Shown piece by piece: positions 18,414 through 25,020 of a stretch of 25,020 nucleotides of DNA. Numbering within the stretch: position 1 is the first letter of the stretch; every line of letters begins with the position of its first letter. The position numbers and the translations under genes were made by a program. Source of the stretch: a virus. Lineage: Duplodnaviria > Caudoviricetes. The notes below the pieces were generated by a model, which ran no database searches, had not been told where the DNA came from, and was given only the letters and a program-made list of their open reading frames with translations. The stretch is from positions 1 to 25,020 of the IMG/VR virus record IMGVR_UViG_3300017766_001048, one strand, 5' to 3'.

Positions 18414-18416
18414 GAA

Positions 18417-18560
18417 TCATTTACGATACGGTCCGCTTCCGCTTGGAACCGGCTGCGGCTTCGGCTTAACCGGCGGCCTGGGTGGCGGCGACTGCTTGTA
18501 AGGTCCGCTACCGGATGATCGGACAGCGGGAGAACCTTTGTATGGTGCGTTGTAGCTCAT
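18417..18560 (-). CDS. 47-aa Pro/Ser/Lys-rich peptide with repeated PY[K/R]
   Basis: Not in the ORF track. MSYNAPYKGSPAVRSSGSGPYKQSPPPRPPVKPKPQPVPSGSGPYRK; ATGA-coupled to the upstream gene and ending just before the terminator. Confidence 0.7.
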   Translation of the reverse strand: MSYNAPYKGSPAVRSSGSGPYKQSPPPRPPVKPKPQPVPSGSGPYRK

Positions 18561-18781
18561 TCCTTTGGAAGCGCATACCAGCCTTCATGGATGGTAATGC
18601 GGTTCTTACTACGCACCGTTTTGCCGCTGGCGTCAACGACCCAAACCTTAGCCTTAACGTCCTCAGCGAGGCGCACAGGCTCACCGTGGGGGACGTAAAT
18701 CACCCGGCTCGCGCAGCTCACGCTCATGCTCGCGCACACGATCAAGAAGACCGCGCTTAAGATCGGGTTGCTTCTTCGCAT
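18557..18781 (-). CDS. Lipoprotein, putative o-spanin (Rz1-like)
   Basis: Basic N-terminus, hydrophobic stretch and lipobox-like SVSC; overlaps the upstream small gene in another frame. Confidence 0.6.
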   Translation of the reverse strand: MRRSNPILSAVFLIVCASMSVSCASRVIYVPHGEPVRLAEDVKAKVWVVDASGKTVRSKNRITIHEGWYALPKE

Positions 18782-18860
18782 CTTCGCTCGTCGTGTCCTG
18801 CTTCGTCAGCGAATGAAGCCAGATGACCAGCTTCATCACGAAGTCGGCCAGGAAGTTCAT
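18681..18860 (-). CDS. 59-aa putative i-spanin-like protein
   Basis: Not in the ORF track. MNFLADFVMKLVIWLHSLTKQDTTSEDAKKQPDLKRGLLDRVREHERELREPGDLRPPR; ATGA-coupled to the holin-like gene and overlapping the lipoprotein gene by 101 nt. Confidence 0.5.
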   Translation of the reverse strand: MNFLADFVMKLVIWLHSLTKQDTTSEDAKKQPDLKRGLLDRVREHERELREPGDLRPPR

Positions 18861-19051
18861 TCCGTCTGTTTGGCGGGTGCGGCAGCGGCTGATTGCTTGT
18901 TCTTCCAGATCGACCAGACAGCGCCGATCAGAGTGACAGTCGCGCCAGCAATCTCGGCAACCTGATCAGCACTGGCCAACCCCTTGGCAACGAGGAAACC
19001 GCCGAGCGCACTAAGACCGTGGCGGAGAAGAGAGGAAATGTTCGGGTTCAT
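18857..19051 (-). CDS. Putative holin, two TM segments, 64 aa
   Basis: MNPNISSLLRHGLSALGGFLVAKG...IAGATVTLIGAVWSIWKNK. Start taken at the ATGA overlap at 19051. Confidence 0.65.
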   Translation of the reverse strand: MNPNISSLLRHGLSALGGFLVAKGLASADQVAEIAGATVTLIGAVWSIWKNKQSAAAAPAKQTE

Positions 19052-19242
19052 TTGTCGTTTTTGAGTTTGCGATAGAGTTCGACTGCCTTCACGGCGCATG
19101 TAAGAAGCGCGGCAAAAGCGCCGAGCGCGAGAGATGCCGTCTTGAGATTCGGATCGGAGAACATGGCGTTCCCCATTATGCCGATGACCGGACCACCGAC
19201 GCCGATTGAGATATCTCGAATGAAAGCGTGGTGGTCCGTCAT
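19048..19242 (-). CDS. Small membrane protein (holin/antiholin-like), 64 aa
   Basis: Two hydrophobic segments and a basic tail YRKLKNDK, within the lysis cluster. Confidence 0.55.
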   Translation of the reverse strand: MTDHHAFIRDISIGVGGPVIGIMGNAMFSDPNLKTASLALGAFAALLTCAVKAVELYRKLKNDK

Positions 19243-19251
19243 CGTGCTTGG

Positions 19252-19410
19252 TTAGTTAGCGTCCGCCTGTGACTGCTTGGCAGCTTCCAAAATCAGTTCG
19301 GCCAGAGGAACGCCGACCTTCGCATTCTGGAAGCCGCCAGCCTTGATGGCGATGTCGATGAGTTGCAGGAGGTTGTTCGCTTGTTCGGTGGTGAGTTCGA
19401 TTTTAATCAT
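19252..19410 (-). CDS. 52-aa fibre-associated hypothetical protein
   Basis: Not in the ORF track. MIKIELTTEQANNLLQLIDIAIKAGGFQNAKVGVPLAELILEAAKQSQADAN; ATGA-coupled and fills the gap. Confidence 0.7.
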   Translation of the reverse strand: MIKIELTTEQANNLLQLIDIAIKAGGFQNAKVGVPLAELILEAAKQSQADAN

Positions 19411-19829
19411 GCCGCCGGAGCATCGGAGACGCTCGAATCATTGGCAACCAAAACCGGCTCAACCTGAGGCAACATCGGAGGCACGATCATCTCGGGCTGG
19501 GGCGGAGGAACAGGAGGCAACCACGGCAGCGGCGGAGCGATGACCGGAGGGTTGATCTGGTTCTCGATTTGCGCGGTGACGTTCGCTTCAATCGCGCTCT
19601 GATCGACGCCGTTGGCATAGCACCATCCCAAGACTTGAGCTTCGGTCAGATCAGGATACGGAGTGAAGGCCTCCGTAGGAGGCGCGAACGACGCGCTGCC
19701 GTAGCAGGTGCCGCTGTACTGATCCTGCGAGCCGTTGCAACGCCAGTCGGCGGTGATGACGACATCGGTGTGAGTGCCTTCTACGGGTTTGCAGAGAAGG
19801 CGTTCGATGATCCAAGAGAGGGTAATCAT
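19407..19829 (-). CDS. Tail-fibre-associated protein (assembly chaperone-like)
   Basis: W.I..L...DVVITADWR...FTPYPDLTEAQVLGW...LPW, a pattern often seen directly after phage fibre genes. Confidence 0.65.
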   Translation of the reverse strand: MITLSWIIERLLCKPVEGTHTDVVITADWRCNGSQDQYSGTCYGSASFAPPTEAFTPYPDLTEAQVLGWCYANGVDQSAIEANVTAQIENQINPPVIAPPLPWLPPVPPPQPEMIVPPMLPQVEPVLVANDSSVSDAPAA

Positions 19830-19832
19830 GGC

Positions 19833-21377
19833 TTACTTAGCTTCGAGAGTTTGAACACGGGCGGTGAGTTCCTGAATAGCTTTCACCAGCACAGGGATAA
19901 GATCTTGTCGAACGGACTTGTAAGGAGCTTCGCCTTCGGGGGCGTTGTCCTTCCACTCGTCGATGAGGTTCGGGAACACCTGCTCAAACTCTTGAGCGAT
20001 GAAACCTCTGTCTCCTTTGATGTCCTTACCTTTACCGGCTTTCCAATCGAACTTGCGCGGCTTCAAAGCGAGAATCGCACCGAGGCCAACGTCGATGTCT
20101 TCCACGTTCTCCTTAAATCGAGCATCGGAGATGGCAGAGATGGTCGTGTTAGTAGCGTAGACAGTGCCTCCCAATCCAACGTAAAAGCGATAGGCAGAGG
20201 CAGCCGTTGAATAAACGTGATAAGTTGTTGCAGCATTGCTGGAAGAGCTTTGTGTCGAAAATACTTCGCCATTACCTTTAACTTCGTTTCCAACTGTTCC
20301 AAATCCAGCAGCCGTCTTCCCCACCAACAACTCGCCACCCGCCGTGAGCGTCATCGCTGGGGTCCAAGTGATGGCACCGTTAGCCGTTCCGGTGGAAGCC
20401 GTATTGTACCATGTGTGAACACCAGCTCCACCTATTGAATACCGAGAGGCTCTGTCTCCAGTGTATTTGAACTCCCAACGCTGATCGGTCTGATCGTAAT
20501 AAGCGTTCCACAAAAAGTCGATTTCACCCGAACCAGCACCAGTAGAAGCGAGGCCGCAGGAATACTGCATATCCAACGCCCTCCAGATCGTAGTCGAAGT
20601 AGCCCACGCACTCGGCGTAACCCCCACGCCGACGTTGCCGGAGGTGTCTACCAGAAAACGTGTCGCTGATCCGGTATTATCGTAAACGCTAAAAGCCCCA
20701 GTGCTATCGGTTATTAAATACCAATCTCTGGTGGTATTTCTCAACCTGAAGCCGACGTTGCTGGCAGCACCGCTTTGACATTGAACATAAACATTCCCGC
20801 TTCCATAAGCATGAATCTTGTCGCCGGGAGCAACCCCCACGCCCAGCCCCGTTGAGTTCAGGCGCATGGCTTCGGAATCATTGATTCCAAAAACAATCGG
20901 AGCAGCAGATCCGCCGGTGTTGAGGACCATTCCGTTTACCTGACCGCTTCTAAGAACCAGCGCACCAGTCGTGTACGGAAACGATCCGCTGTAACCAGAA
21001 CCCATTGAAAGAATCTGGTTGCCAGCAGTTCCTCCAGTGAAATCAATGCTGTTGTAAGCACTTGATCCAGTGCTTGGATTATTGATGAAAATACGATTCT
21101 GACCGTTCGTATTCGTGTATGCCTCAATCAATGCTCCCGGACTCGCCGTCCCAATACCCACCCGATTGTTCGTCGAATCAACCTTCAGCGTCGAGGTATC
21201 CACCGTCAGATCGCCGGTGATGGTGGCGGAGCCAGGAACAACGATGTTGTTGCCGCTCGGGCCGACAGCCGTGTACAGCTCGCTGAAGTTGCTGTTCGTG
21301 TACTGGAAAGCCGTACGCAGCGGCGTTCCCGTCCCGTCATTGGGAGACGTTCCGACATTGATGGTTTGCTGTGCCAT
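19833..21377 (-). CDS. Long tail fibre with a C-terminal intramolecular chaperone (peptidase S74) domain
   Basis: N-terminal INVGTSPNDGTGTPLRTAF..TNSNF (T4 gp9/gp10-like anchor), VGIGT-type repeats, and SDARFKENV...GFIAQE...LVKAIQEL. Confidence 0.9.
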   Translation of the reverse strand: MAQQTINVGTSPNDGTGTPLRTAFQYTNSNFSELYTAVGPSGNNIVVPGSATITGDLTVDTSTLKVDSTNNRVGIGTASPGALIEAYTNTNGQNRIFINNPSTGSSAYNSIDFTGGTAGNQILSMGSGYSGSFPYTTGALVLRSGQVNGMVLNTGGSAAPIVFGINDSEAMRLNSTGLGVGVAPGDKIHAYGSGNVYVQCQSGAASNVGFRLRNTTRDWYLITDSTGAFSVYDNTGSATRFLVDTSGNVGVGVTPSAWATSTTIWRALDMQYSCGLASTGAGSGEIDFLWNAYYDQTDQRWEFKYTGDRASRYSIGGAGVHTWYNTASTGTANGAITWTPAMTLTAGGELLVGKTAAGFGTVGNEVKGNGEVFSTQSSSSNAATTYHVYSTAASAYRFYVGLGGTVYATNTTISAISDARFKENVEDIDVGLGAILALKPRKFDWKAGKGKDIKGDRGFIAQEFEQVFPNLIDEWKDNAPEGEAPYKSVRQDLIPVLVKAIQELTARVQTLEAK

Positions 21378-21403
21378 ATCGAATTAAATGATTTGGTTTC
21401 GGG

Positions 21404-21613
21404 TTACAGAAATTCGGTCATGTCCGCCGTGATGATCGTCGTATCTACGGTAATCACCGTGTTGTCCGCCGTGATGTCAGCCGTTCCGCCAAGAGTCGCA
21501 GCTTCCCAGAGTAGGCCAATCTCCAGCAGATTACGCTCGCGCGGACTTTTGCACGAAGCTCCATAAGCCTCGGCAATCAGATTAGCAGCTTCCGCGCAGG
21601 AGATTGTAGCCAT
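21404..21613 (-). CDS. 69-aa virion adaptor-like protein with C-terminal TAD heptad repeats
   Basis: N-terminal half is paralogous to the upstream gene; C-terminus is TADITADNTVITVDTTIITAD. Confidence 0.7.
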   Translation of the reverse strand: MATISCAEAANLIAEAYGASCKSPRERNLLEIGLLWEAATLGGTADITADNTVITVDTTIITADMTEFL

Positions 21614-21614
21614 A

Positions 21615-22043
21615 TCAGATGATGATGAACCAAGCGGTTCCGTTGCTCATAACCGTCACGCCAGCCCACTGAGAACTCAGCGTGTACGACGCAGCGCCGT
21701 CAATCGTCTCCGACGCGTAACCGTCAACAACCACGTTGTTCGCACCGGCATTGATCCGCTTGAACACATAGATCCGGCCAGGAACCAGAGCAGCCTGCGG
21801 CAACGTAATCGTCACCGCTCCAGCCGTGGAATCGCAGAGCAGAAGATAATCTCCACTCTGAACATTCCCCGTCGCGCTCACGCTACGATACGTTCCGCGC
21901 GTCGCGCCACCGCCCTGGAGATATGTCGCAATGCGATTCTCCAGAGCGAGCTTCGCTAGCTCAATCTCCCACGGAGAACGACACCCCAGCGACGCCGCCT
22001 CATTGATCAGCGTCTCCGCCTCGTCGCATGTGATGTTTGGCAT
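21615..22043 (-). CDS. 142-aa putative virion decoration protein
   Basis: Cys-containing N-terminal helix plus a beta domain (ITLPQAA..GRIYVFK..TIDG..L..W) widespread in phage fibre/decoration proteins. Confidence 0.6.
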   Translation of the reverse strand: MPNITCDEAETLINEAASLGCRSPWEIELAKLALENRIATYLQGGGATRGTYRSVSATGNVQSGDYLLLCDSTAGAVTITLPQAALVPGRIYVFKRINAGANNVVVDGYASETIDGAASYTLSSQWAGVTVMSNGTAWFIII

Positions 22044-22056
22044 ATCGATTTACAAT

Positions 22057-22350
22057 TTAAGCCATCGGACCAGCGCCACGGCGCATCACCTCGGCGATGA
22101 ATCCGCCGCCGCCGCCACCCTCCTCAACCATCTCCCCCTCCTCCTCCTCGTACTCCTCACCACCGCCACGCTCGGCCATCTTCTTACCCTTCGACTTCTT
22201 CTCGTAGCCAGGAATCGCCATGCCATCAATCTCGATGACTTCAGCCTTTCCGTTCTTGCCAAGAACGATGGTTGCCATCGTCTGGAAAGCCTCGCCTTCC
22301 TTCAAGTTCTCGGGGATTTCGACGCCTTTGGGAATGGTAAATACCGGCAT
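22057..22350 (-). CDS. 97-aa hypothetical protein with an acidic/Gly low-complexity tail
   Basis: ORF fills the gap in operon orientation and contains an EEYEEEEGEMVEEGGGGGG tract. Confidence 0.65.
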   Translation of the reverse strand: MPVFTIPKGVEIPENLKEGEAFQTMATIVLGKNGKAEVIEIDGMAIPGYEKKSKGKKMAERGGGEEYEEEEGEMVEEGGGGGGFIAEVMRRGAGPMA

Positions 22351-22356
22351 GAAGCG

Positions 22357-22384
22357 AGCATCACTTCGTGGTTGTTGGTGTCAA
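22357..22384 (-). promoter_or_regulatory. Candidate sigma70-like promoter giving a leaderless mRNA
   Basis: TTGACA-N16-GATGCT, 6 nt before ATG 22350 and directly after a terminator. The -10 box is imperfect. Confidence 0.45.
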
Positions 22385-22394
22385 GGCTAATGCG

Positions 22395-22430
22395 AAAAAC
22401 CCCCCACCAGCCTTTCGAGCCGATGAGGGG
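22395..22430 (-). terminator. Intrinsic terminator 2
   Basis: cccctcatcggctc-gaaa-ggctggtgggggg stem (G-U pairs, one bulge) followed by ttttt. Confidence 0.7.
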
Positions 22431-22481
22431 CCACCACCGTGATGGTGGTGTTAGTAGACAACCAACCTACGAGTCAATCCG
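22395..22481 (-). ncRNA. Candidate ~87-nt small RNA between two terminators
   Basis: TTGCGG-N16-TATCGT upstream (22515-22488), two hairpins (gtagg/tctac and caccacc/ggtggtg), then terminator 2; no ORF. Confidence 0.4.
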
Positions 22482-22497
22482 GCGGCGACGATAGCGG

Positions 22498-22533
22498 AAA
22501 AGAAAAAACCCGCAAGCCTTTCGACCTGCGGGT
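22498..22533 (-). terminator. Intrinsic terminator of the major capsid gene
   Basis: acccgcaggtc-gaaa-ggcttgcgggt stem followed by tttttctttt, 20 nt after the stop codon. Confidence 0.9.
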
Positions 22534-22553
22534 CTGTGAATTACTAGCTCGAA

Positions 22554-23792
22554 TTACGAGCAAATGATCTGGGTCAACGCGCCGGTGCATCGGCGGAAGA
22601 TGATGGTCATGCCCTGGTTAGTGAAAACGGGTTCAGACGCATGAATGAACTCAGCGTAGTGCTGACCCTTCTTCTCCAGCGGATCGGCGCAATCCACATC
22701 GAGCTTGTAGGCACCAGTCACCCACTGCCACTCGCCCATGTAGTTGGTCGGCATCCAGCTCAAGTCGCCAACCCGATTCACGGGGCGGACGATGTGAGAC
22801 TTGAACACATACGGGGTGACGATGAACGCAGCCTCGAACGGAGCAGTCACCCAGTTCGGGTTGACGCTGAACACCGTACCCTTCGTGCCGCTGGAGCTGG
22901 TGAACGGCTGAACCAGCGTGTACTTGCCACCGGCGTAGGTGAAGCGGGGCGGGAACAGATTCGGCACATGCCGGAAGTTCTTAATCACCCGATTCGCGCC
23001 AATGCGCTTGAGCAACTCAGCGCCGCTGCCGCTGCCCATATCAGCCTGACGCAGATCCTCACGGAACGCGGGGTTGTTCTGAGCGATGCGCTGCGAAGCC
23101 TCCAAGCCGATGTACAGCGGGAAGATCGGGCCGTCGCTGCTGTAGCTGATGAAGCCGGAGCTATCAGGATTCGTCGCGCCGTTACGGATCAACGTGGCGG
23201 CGGCGACATCGAGCATCTCCTGAGTCAGCTCGGAGGTGGACTGATTGAGCGCCTGACCAGCCGATCCGGTCTGAATCCAGGGGAACTCATTCACGCCAGA
23301 CGGAATCGTCTCGACCTGAGTGAAGGACGAGTCGGCCACGGCCTTGATGGCGAACTTGGCGAAGGTGTTCTGATAGCGAGTCTCCCAAGTGCGCTGAGCG
23401 CGGATCGAGAGCTTCTCCAAGTACACACGCAGGAACGCCTCGACGCGATGGTCGAAGGTCAGATCGTCCTTACACAGGAGAGGACCTTTGAGAGCGAAAC
23501 GCTCAGGACTCCAGGTGACGGCATTGTAGCCGACCGGAACGTCGTTGTAGGTGACATCGCAAGCGCCACCGTTCTCGCCACTGGCGAGCGTGATGGCCGA
23601 CCACTCCTCAGCCGCAGTCGGCTCGATGGAGGTGGTGGTGAACGAGGTCTGGGTCAGACCAGTACCCTGGGGATACTCGCCGCGCTCGATCATGTTGAGC
23701 CACATCGAGCGGTACGAGGCGCGTTTGTAAACGTCCTGAGCGAGCGACTCGGTAGCCACCGCAAAGGCGTTGAAGACATTAGGACAAGACAT
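22554..23792 (-). CDS. Major capsid protein, 412 aa
   Basis: Size, strong codon bias, an early P-x-G-x-G-x-T-x-x-x-F motif as in N4-gp56-like capsids, a long leader and its own strong terminator. Start taken at ATG 23792 (MSCPNVFNAF). Confidence 0.75.
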   Translation of the reverse strand: MSCPNVFNAFAVATESLAQDVYKRASYRSMWLNMIERGEYPQGTGLTQTSFTTTSIEPTAAEEWSAITLASGENGGACDVTYNDVPVGYNAVTWSPERFALKGPLLCKDDLTFDHRVEAFLRVYLEKLSIRAQRTWETRYQNTFAKFAIKAVADSSFTQVETIPSGVNEFPWIQTGSAGQALNQSTSELTQEMLDVAAATLIRNGATNPDSSGFISYSSDGPIFPLYIGLEASQRIAQNNPAFREDLRQADMGSGSGAELLKRIGANRVIKNFRHVPNLFPPRFTYAGGKYTLVQPFTSSSGTKGTVFSVNPNWVTAPFEAAFIVTPYVFKSHIVRPVNRVGDLSWMPTNYMGEWQWVTGAYKLDVDCADPLEKKGQHYAEFIHASEPVFTNQGMTIIFRRCTGALTQIICS

Positions 23793-23984
23793 GAGATGAA
23801 AAATGTAAACCGACGTTATCTGAGTTGTGGTTGGCCATCCATCCACCACACGGTGGCTGATTATCCAACCGCTTCCGATGCGGAGTGTCATTGCCGCTTA
23901 GACGGGGTGCATTTGCTGACCAAGCGAATGCCTTGCTTAAGGTCGTTGCGCCGGATGGAGCAGTAGAAACGCTTATCGCGTCAA

Positions 23985-24515
23985 TTAAAATGTGGCGTCC
24001 ACAGGGTTGGCCACGAGTTCGCTTTGGATGGCGACGTACGAGCGATAACCCTTGATCGTCTCGATTCGATGCGGGGCGATGATTATCTCCCGCGCTATCA
24101 TGCCGCGATAGGTGTACGGACCTGGGAAAGTGCCGGTCATCAGAACATAGAAATCAACCGCGCTGGTCTTAACGCTGTCCTTCCGCGCGTCCACCAGTAG
24201 CTTTCCATTGTCGTACTTGGTCGTTTTGACATCGATGCGATAGCCTGGAGGCGGAGGGATTGTCGCGTCGTAGAACGGATGCGGGGGTGGACGGTCGGTG
24301 TCCAGGTCGGGATAGACATTGAACAGACGGCAAAAAGCAATCTCCCCAGCTATGCCCTCCAAATCCACGGTCAGAGGCGACTGCGCGCTGATTTTGAGAT
24401 TCGCCACATTGAAATAGCGATTGTTTCCGTTGCGATGACGAGCGACGAAGTGGGCCAGTTTCTGCTCGCAGTAGGTGAGAGTAATAGTTTGACCAATTTC
24501 AATTTTATTTATCAT
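23985..24515 (-). CDS. PD-(D/E)XK nuclease-like protein, 176 aa
   Basis: GIAGEIAF...YD...IDVKTT gives E...D...DxK spacing. Start taken at ATG 24515 (MINKIEIG). Confidence 0.6.
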   Translation of the reverse strand: MINKIEIGQTITLTYCEQKLAHFVARHRNGNNRYFNVANLKISAQSPLTVDLEGIAGEIAFCRLFNVYPDLDTDRPPPHPFYDATIPPPPGYRIDVKTTKYDNGKLLVDARKDSVKTSAVDFYVLMTGTFPGPYTYRGMIAREIIIAPHRIETIKGYRSYVAIQSELVANPVDATF

Positions 24516-24692
24516 GGTCAAAAAGGCGGAAAATTTTTGAGGGGGGTATCGTAAACGAAGCCCACCCGCAAAGGGGGTGCCAGGCCTCCACTCAAAAACT
24601 GTGCCATTCCCTAGGAAAAACAATCCTTTTTTACCATTAGCTTATCTAATCCAGTCTATTAGACAGCCAATCGATTACAATGTGTGTTATGT

Positions 24693-25020
24693 TTACTTGT
24701 CAGGCGGTTCACTCACGACTTGTTCCACGTGGAACTTGTCCGGCATCGATCCGAGCAGATTGATTGAAACGCTCGCTGCTTCCCCTTGCTCGGACCAGCC
24801 AAACACAAGCGCGGACCGCTTGGCGACGGATCCGAGTATCTGCTCGCGTGTTGACTCATCCTTTATCCCGTCCAACGAATAACCTTCGATGCGTTCGAGC
24901 GTACTTGCGGCATCGGCGGCGAGCTTGCTACGGACCAAAACGGACAGACTTTCTAGGGAAACTGTTTCTTTAGAGGAAACAGTGTTTCTCATCTCCTTCC
25001 TCACCTTCGGCAATCCTTCC
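24693..25020 (-). CDS. Helical protein, possible terminase small subunit (5'-truncated)
   Basis: The frame is open to the window edge (..EGLPKVRKEM). Helical body ending KRSALVFGW...VSINLL, reminiscent of TerS C-termini. Confidence 0.4.
   Translation of the reverse strand, partial: EGLPKVRKEMRNTVSSKETVSLESLSVLVRSKLAADAASTLERIEGYSLDGIKDESTREQILGSVAKRSALVFGWSEQGEAASVSINLLGSMPDKFHVEQVVSEPPDK

Noticed and set aside
22100-22170. (ccg)n/(ctc)n simple repeats
   Set aside because: Explained by the poly-Gly and poly-Glu coding tract.
23793-23891. Upstream start extensions in the ORF track (capsid 23891, terL 8460, methyltransferase 14256, nuclease 24623, holin 19099)
   Set aside because: Downstream ATGs fit gene packing and ATGA coupling better; the extensions overlap neighbours or structured non-coding DNA.
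22641-23966. 441-aa plus-strand ORF
   Set aside because: Antisense shadow of the strongly codon-biased capsid gene, with no recognisable motifs.
1-25020. tRNA genes, introns/inteins, stop-codon reassignment
   Set aside because: No cloverleaf was seen in the few spacers, terL and capsid are of normal uninterrupted length, and genes tile fully with the standard code.

Overview
Structural and packaging region of a tailed dsDNA phage with podovirus-like (P22/T7/N4-style) gene content; no host genes or integrase are visible. There are three blocks. (1) Minus strand 8471->1: collagen/C1q fibre, tail nozzle, collar-domain protein, head-tail adaptor, a degenerate citrate-synthase-fold gene, a sulfotransferase-like gene, then putative ejection proteins. 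(2) Plus strand 8526->18365: large terminase, Cys-rich protein, portal, a five-gene glycan cassette (GT32, two SAM methyltransferases, GT25, GH130/GT91-like beta-propeller) and a scaffold-like protein. (3) Minus strand 25020->18417: possible small terminase, PD-(D/E)XK nuclease, major capsid, small decoration-like proteins, S74-chaperone tail fibre, holin/spanin-like genes and a 47-aa repeat peptide. The most notable observations are the citrate-synthase pseudoenzyme in the morphogenesis operon, the glycan cassette coupled to the portal, a candidate small RNA downstream of the capsid gene that is complementary to the capsid 5' leader, and a triple TAD heptad motif shared by the nozzle and a tiny adaptor-like protein. 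All product calls come from motif recognition and synteny by eye; no searches were run.
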